NCBI GenBank assembly: GCA_001661245.1
Contig: KV454016.1
Location: 371,381 to 435,380 of the forward strand
Reading direction: 5' to 3'
Source of the DNA: Pachysolen tannophilus NRRL Y-2460
Lineage: Eukaryota
Length of the DNA: 64,000 bases
This document shows, piece after piece, positions 58,768-64,000 of this stretch. Within the stretch, counting starts at the first letter, position 1. Every line of letters begins with the position of its first letter. The translations under genes and the position numbers were made by a program. Under the pieces are notes generated by a model, which did no database searches, was not told the origin of the DNA, and saw only the letters and a list, made by a program, of their open reading frames with translations.

Positions 58768-60552
58768 TTAATCAAACTTTATTCCAGCGCTTGGCTTCCA
58801 CAAGCCACTATGAGCAGCGTTTTCTTTAGACTGGGAGTTTACTTCTCCCTCCTCACCACTGTTTTTATTAACCTTGTGAACCATTGATTCATTTGAATCT
58901 ATACTATTATCATTATCGTTATTATTTTCATCTTCAACTTCTAATGTTTGCGTTTTGGGCATAGAATTTGACGTCAACTTCTGTTGTTTCAAATGAGATG
59001 TCTTTTGGTGAGCCATCTGATCTTCTAAAGAGGTTTCTAGTTTTTTGCGAGCAAAAGCAAATTGATCACATTCGGCAATTAACTCACAAGTAATTGTATT
59101 TACAAAATTATTGTAAAACGTTTTCCCCTGTGATAAATTGTTCAAAATCTCACTGTATCCATCAAAGGCTTCTTCCAAAATTTTTAAACTGTTAGCTCTT
59201 TTTTCATTAACGTTTTGTAAGTAAGAAGATGATCTTGATAAGAATATTTCATTTTCTTTATCTATCTTTTTTTCAAGATTAATTTGTTCATTTTTAAAAC
59301 TTTGCAAATCAGCAAAGTCACTATCAAAAAGTTTTAAAACATTTTTTTCATAAACAGATTCAAAAGATGATTCATCAAGGGATTTCTCTTCTTCAATTTG
59401 CGATAAATTTTTTTTATATTCTGATATCAAAATTGATAAAATATTCAAATTTTCTGATTTCAAATGCAAATTCTCTATAAATTGACAATTTCTATCGATC
59501 AACTTTTTGGCCTTATTAATTAACTCATTTAAATTATTAATTGACGACAAAATATTCTGGTCTAAATTTACAACTTTCGACAGAGGTATAAAATTCTTTA
59601 ATTCTTCTTTACCACTTGGTGAATCAACTTCAGTCATCAATTTAACATAGGGCACTAAGCTATTAATTTGTTCTTTAATTACATTATCACCATCTTTAGC
59701 CTGATTTAAATAAGTCTCAAATTTTTCAATTTTTAGAAATAAACCTTCTAGTTCTGATGGATCTCTGTTCCAGGCTTTTCCATATTTTCGTCTCAATGCA
59801 GCATCTTCTTCAGCTTCGAATTTCATTCTTTCCCTACAATTGACTATCAAATCATTACTTTTCGAAGAAAGTTTGTTTAATTCATCCATAGCTTTTTGTA
59901 ATCGCAAACATCCTCCTTGCTTCAGTAATTCACTACAATTTAGTAATACATTATCGGGTAGACTCTGGGGCTTTGATATGGAATCAATTGAAGAAGGTAA
60001 ATTTCTTTCGTTTAAAAAATCTTTGAGCATTTTGTTTAACTGGTTGATTGGGTTTATTAAATTTTTATCAACAAATTCCTGTTGACGTTCTTTAAAAGCT
60101 TGAGAAGTCTTAATTACAATATAAGGTAATAAGTTTTCAAATAACAATTTTTGATTTGATTCTTTCAAAATTTTAATTGGATTTTCAAAATCCAGTGGAA
60201 TCAATGTTTTAACCATTGAAGCACCAATAATTGGTTTCAAATCTTTCAGCAGTGGTACATGTACAAGATAGATTAAATTATTATCACGTTCTGCTGTTGT
60301 TAAAGACTCCTTAACAATTTTATTAAAATTTTGTAATTCATTAACCACTTTTGTACTTACATTTTTAGAATATTCTAATCCATTATTTGATTCTTCAAAT
60401 GCTATTTTTAAATGTGCAATCTGTTCACCATATTTAAATTTATTCAAATAATTCAACGAAGTCCTATAATTTGCCACTGCTCTAAAATGGAATTTTTTCA
60501 AAAGTATATGGTTCATAATTTTCAGTTTTAATAAAAACTGAGATTTATTGTT
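58768..60552 (-). CDS. RIM20: 3' part of RIM20/PalA (end of the BRO1 domain plus the ALIX V domain), separated from its 5' part by an inversion
   Basis: HILLKKFHFRAVANYR, KYGEQIAHL, AERDNNLIYL, NLPSSID, NLSQGKTFYN, terminal GLWKPSAGIKFD; no ATG at the break. Confidence 0.9.
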   Translation of the reverse strand, partial: NNKSQFLLKLKIMNHILLKKFHFRAVANYRTSLNYLNKFKYGEQIAHLKIAFEESNNGLEYSKNVSTKVVNELQNFNKIVKESLTTAERDNNLIYLVHVPLLKDLKPIIGASMVKTLIPLDFENPIKILKESNQKLLFENLLPYIVIKTSQAFKERQQEFVDKNLINPINQLNKMLKDFLNERNLPSSIDSISKPQSLPDNVLLNCSELLKQGGCLRLQKAMDELNKLSSKSNDLIVNCRERMKFEAEEDAALRRKYGKAWNRDPSELEGLFLKIEKFETYLNQAKDGDNVIKEQINSLVPYVKLMTEVDSPSGKEELKNFIPLSKVVNLDQNILSSINNLNELINKAKKLIDRNCQFIENLHLKSENLNILSILISEYKKNLSQIEEEKSLDESSFESVYEKNVLKLFDSDFADLQSFKNEQINLEKKIDKENEIFLSRSSSYLQNVNEKRANSLKILEEAFDGYSEILNNLSQGKTFYNNFVNTITCELIAECDQFAFARKKLETSLEDQMAHQKTSHLKQQKLTSNSMPKTQTLEVEDENNNDNDNSIDSNESMVHKVNKNSGEEGEVNSQSKENAAHSGLWKPSAGIKFD

Positions 60553-60597
60553 AGACACGTTTTCCGTGTTGGTGCAAGAGCTGAAATCCCAACTTAA
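60553..60597 (+). CDS. JLP1: displaced 3' end of JLP1 (RHVFRVGARAEIPT*)
   Basis: AGA CAC GTT TTC CGT GTT GGT GCA AGA GCT GAA ATC CCA ACT TAA matches the TauD/Jlp1 C-terminal RHxFRx...AExP motif missing from the - strand ORF. Confidence 0.85.
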   Translation, partial: RHVFRVGARAEIPT

Positions 60598-61006
60598 TAA
60601 CTCAAGTCACTTTTTTAAGTGCCTTTCTTTTTTTATTTTATTTTATTTTTTTTTTTTTTTTTCCTTTTCAACTTTATACTATTTACTGATGACTCAAATA
60701 TACGATATGAACTTACCCAAATGACGACCTTAGACTAGATCCCATAGTCTTTAGATTTGTTTAAAACTATTTGAAGTTTGTCTGTACCGTAGTTTTGGTG
60801 GCCTTTTGGTGGTCTTTCCCAATTGGGAAACTCAGTTCTGTTGTGTGATGTGGTGATGATCAAAATCAAAACAACACAACAAATATATATTTTATATTTT
60901 ATATTTTATATATTTAAATTAATGTTATAGCAATTTATAGCAATTCAAGTCGCAAGAGAAGGAGAAGAGGTACAAAAAAAAAACCAAAAAAAACACAAAA
61001 ATAACA

Positions 61007-61690
61007 ATGGAAGATTCATCGAATCTATTGTATATTCCCTATCATAGATCGGATAGTATAAAAATATACCAACTGTTTAAAGATATAATATCAAAAGATT
61101 TTTATCAGTCAGCTACGTTATTTGAAAAAGATTTACAAGATATTAACAGTTTGAGGGATAAATATATAGCGATTATTAATAGCGAGGGTAATAATATTGA
61201 TTATTCAAATTTTGTTAATCAGTTGAAGAATTATTACAATCAATTGTGTTCTATTTCTAAGAAATTTCCAAATAATGAAATTGAATTTACTTATTATAGT
61301 AATGATTTAACATATCAGTCTTCTAAAAAAACTATTTTAAAATCGTTTAATTTTGAAAAATTGAATGTGCTTTATAATATAGGCTCATTTTTTTCTATTT
61401 ATGCTTTTAAACAGTCCAGAGATGATGATATAGGTTTAAAAAATTCATGTTTATATTTTCAATACTCGGCTGGATGTTTTGAATTTATTGAAAGTTTTTC
61501 CGAGAAAATTGATGATTTTCAAATACCATTAGAATATTCATCAGAAATTGTATCTGGTTTAAAAAATTTAATGTTAGCACAAGCACAAGAGACATTTTGG
61601 CAAAAGGCAAGAAAGGATGGTTTGAATGTTTCTGTAATTGCTAAATTATCTGCACAAGTTGCAAGTTATTATGAAATGTCATTTGATAGT
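61007..61690 (+). CDS. RIM20: 5' part of RIM20/PalA (BRO1 domain), inside the inverted segment
   Basis: LLYIPYHRS, FEKLNVLYNIG, GLKNSCLYFQYSAGCF, LMLAQAQETFWQKA, IAKLSAQVASYY; then runs into antisense JLP1. Confidence 0.9.
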
Positions 61691-62761
61691 CTTTTCTTCA
61701 GTATCCCAATCAAATAAGGCACTATGACAAGCACGTCTATTATCCCAAACAACAACGGTATCTTTTTCCCACTTGGCTCTGGTTTGGATATCCACACCTG
61801 TAGCGATGAAGTTATACAAGAAGTTTAAAATTGCATCACTTTCTTCTTTCTTGAAACCCTTGATGTATCTAGTGAATTGTGGATTAACATAAATAGATTT
61901 TTTCTTGGTTACCGGATGAGTACGAACTACTGGATGTTCATGAGCAACAGGTTCACGGCGAACATGTCCATTACCTAAACGAGCAGTTTCTGCTTGTTCG
62001 AAACCCGAATGAACAGCTGTTAATCCTTCTAAAATTTTTTGAAAATCTGGTGAAAGCCTATCGTATGCTTCTTGTGTATCAGCAAAAGCAGTATCACCAC
62101 CAACTGTTGGTCCATCAAGAATACCCAAGAAAGTCAATCCGAGGGGTTGTAATTCGTATGAAACATCCGAGTGCCATGTCATTGTTGTAATATGTTGTTT
62201 TAAATAAGAACCGGATGATGCCTTAGTATATTTATCCTTATAGACTAAATGAATATTTGGATGACCTCTTGGAGCTCCTGAAGTTGGATGAGAATGTAAA
62301 GGACCATAATATTCACCATATTGTTCAACAAAATCTGGACCTTGAGAAGCAAAATCTTGATCTCTAAAAATGACAACACCTTTTTGAGCAACATATAAGG
62401 CTAAATCATTTTTAGCAGCATCTGAAAGTTTTGATAATTGAATACCATGAATAATTGTACCAAACTTTGGAGTTAATTCTTCAATTTTAATTGAATTAGA
62501 TTCTAAATCATTTGATGGAAATAAATTTTTTAATTTAGGATCTGCATCTAAACCTCTATCTCTAAATTTAAATTCTTTATAAGGTTCTTGCCTTTCAGTT
62601 AAATCCCATGTTGGAGCAAACGCTGGATAAGTTAATTTTTCAGTATCTTCATCAGAAATTAATAAATATTTCTTATCTTCTGATAAGTGTCTATGAATTG
62701 AATATGTGGTCTTGTAAGCACCAACACTATGTACTTCTTTTTTTTCGTTTTCTACAGTCAT
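61691..62761 (-). CDS. JLP1: Fe(II)/alpha-ketoglutarate sulfonate dioxygenase (TauD family), C-terminus displaced by the inversion
   Basis: HPTSGAP, WHSDVSYELQP, GGDTAF, HPVVRTHPVT, WDNRRACHSA; stops before the conserved RH..R. Confidence 0.92.
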
Positions 62762-62902
62762 AATTATTTATAAGAAAGTAAACTTTTTTCTGATTTAATT
62801 TTAAAAATAAACTTGAACATAATTTTATGGAATATCATTCATATATATATATATATATATAGATAATATTAGCCAACCAAGACAAACTTAAAGCTCTTTG
62901 AA

Positions 62903-63029
62903 CCACAGTATTTTTCAACTTTAGTAATTAGTTCAGTACATAAGAAAAGTGTGTTTTGAACTATGATGCATCAATTCACATGATTTTCTTCATTATTATG
63001 CAGATCTGAAAGAGGAAAGGGCCCACACT
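62903..63029 (-). promoter_or_regulatory. Met31/32-like (ACTGTGG, AGTGTGG) and Cbf1-like (TCACATGA) sites upstream of JLP1
   Basis: CCACAGT 62903, TCACATGA 62976, CCACACT 63023; consistent with a sulfur-starvation gene. Confidence 0.5.
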
Positions 63030-63105
63030 TTTAAGCCAAATAAAAAAAGATAAAACCAACAGATTTAATGATATAATGAATATATGGAATAGAATTGATC
63101 TATCC

Positions 63106-63110
63106 ATATA

Positions 63111-63146
<36 letters not shown>
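63106..63146. repeat. (TA)n microsatellite
   Basis: Interrupted TA run. Confidence 0.85.
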
Positions 63147-63149
<3 letters not shown>

Positions 63150-64000
63150 AGTTCCATAGATGTTAAGCTGGTATTGAATAGTATTAAATAGTACTTCAAA
63201 TTCTTGGACATAAATATTTATGGACGATATTTAAAAATCATGTTCGCTTGTCGCATGAGCGATAAAACCCCAAACCCCAATTTTCCATTCTACTTAAAGT
63301 AATGCTTTTACTTTTAGTTTATCTTTATTGCTTTATTCTTAAATCCAATATATTACACTTTATAATACCACCATATCCAATGGCAATTAATAGTACATCA
63401 TATCATTATCACTATTCAATCCCAATTTTTTTAGGATTTTTCAAATACATTTCTCGGATAATTCTCGGATATTAAAGGACATTAAAGGCCTTTTTATAAA
63501 AAAAAAATTTTTCCGCAGAGAGATTAGATAACAAAGAAACAGGTACTAAAAAAAATTCCCAAAGTGGAAGTTTGGCAGATAGATGAACGACCGTTTATTA
63601 TTCATATTTTTTTTTCTTTTTTTTTGCCTTTACGTCTCTCTCTCTCTAATCTAGACGAAATTGGAAAATCTTTTTGACCACTTTTAAATTAAATAATAAT
63701 ATTATATAATTAATTTATTATATTAATTATTTATCTATCTTTTTTTTTTTACCATTTAATATATCTTTTTTTCTTTTCATTTAGATATTAAAAAGTTATC
63801 TGCTTTATTTGTTTTCTTTTTTTTTTTTGTTTTATTTTTTTTTTTAATTTTTGTTTATCCATCGGATTAAAATTTTTTTGAAACAAGCGGGATATTATTA
63901 AACGGAAAACTTAAATTTTGGAGTCATAAACATTTAAATTAAGGCAACACAACGTCGCAAAGTAGTAATTGTTTAAAAAAAAATTTTTTTTTTTCTTTTG

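Noticed and set aside
60541..61700. Recombinase- or MAT-type flip-flop inverted repeats at the inversion ends
   Set aside because: Only 1-4 bp of microhomology is present. The AGAC/GTCT pair (60553-56 / 61689-92) would leave both genes out of frame, and there is no recombinase or MAT gene in the window.
1..64000. tRNA, rRNA, snRNA, LTR/transposon or CRISPR elements
   Set aside because: By eye I found no tRNA T-loop with a cloverleaf, no known snRNA 5' end, no RT/integrase/transposase motif and no repeat-spacer array; a tRNAscan/Rfam run would be needed to be certain.

Overview
AT-rich budding-yeast (Saccharomycotina) nuclear DNA with about 28 protein-coding genes: SCJ1, DML1, two unknowns, a SUN4/SIM1-type gene, AYR1, MOD5, COX23, NCS2, a TRAPPC11-like gene, FPR1, EAF7, NAM9, MTQ1, GCD10, NOP2, ARP5, LYS9, SRV2, YDJ1, a QDR/AQR1 transporter, BOP3, NUM1, CAF20, EFR3, CEF1, RIM20 and JLP1. 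I found no tRNA, rRNA or transposon. Main observations: (1) a ~1.13 kb segment (~60553-61690) is inverted and cuts both RIM20 and JLP1, and flipping it back restores both reading frames. (2) In-frame CTG codons mostly fall at Ala or small-residue positions, which suggests the CUG=Ala code (Pachysolen/Nakazawaea type) and means the supplied translation is probably wrong at those sites. (3) Six introns were resolved, including a three-exon CAF20 that the ORF track misses and that has a competing GTATGT donor. (4) NCS2, TRAPPC11 and EFR3 are each split by one missing base in a homopolymer. (5) Gene order points to an older ~11 kb MTQ1-SRV2 inversion relative to S. cerevisiae. All homology calls come from recalled motifs and sequences, not from database searches.
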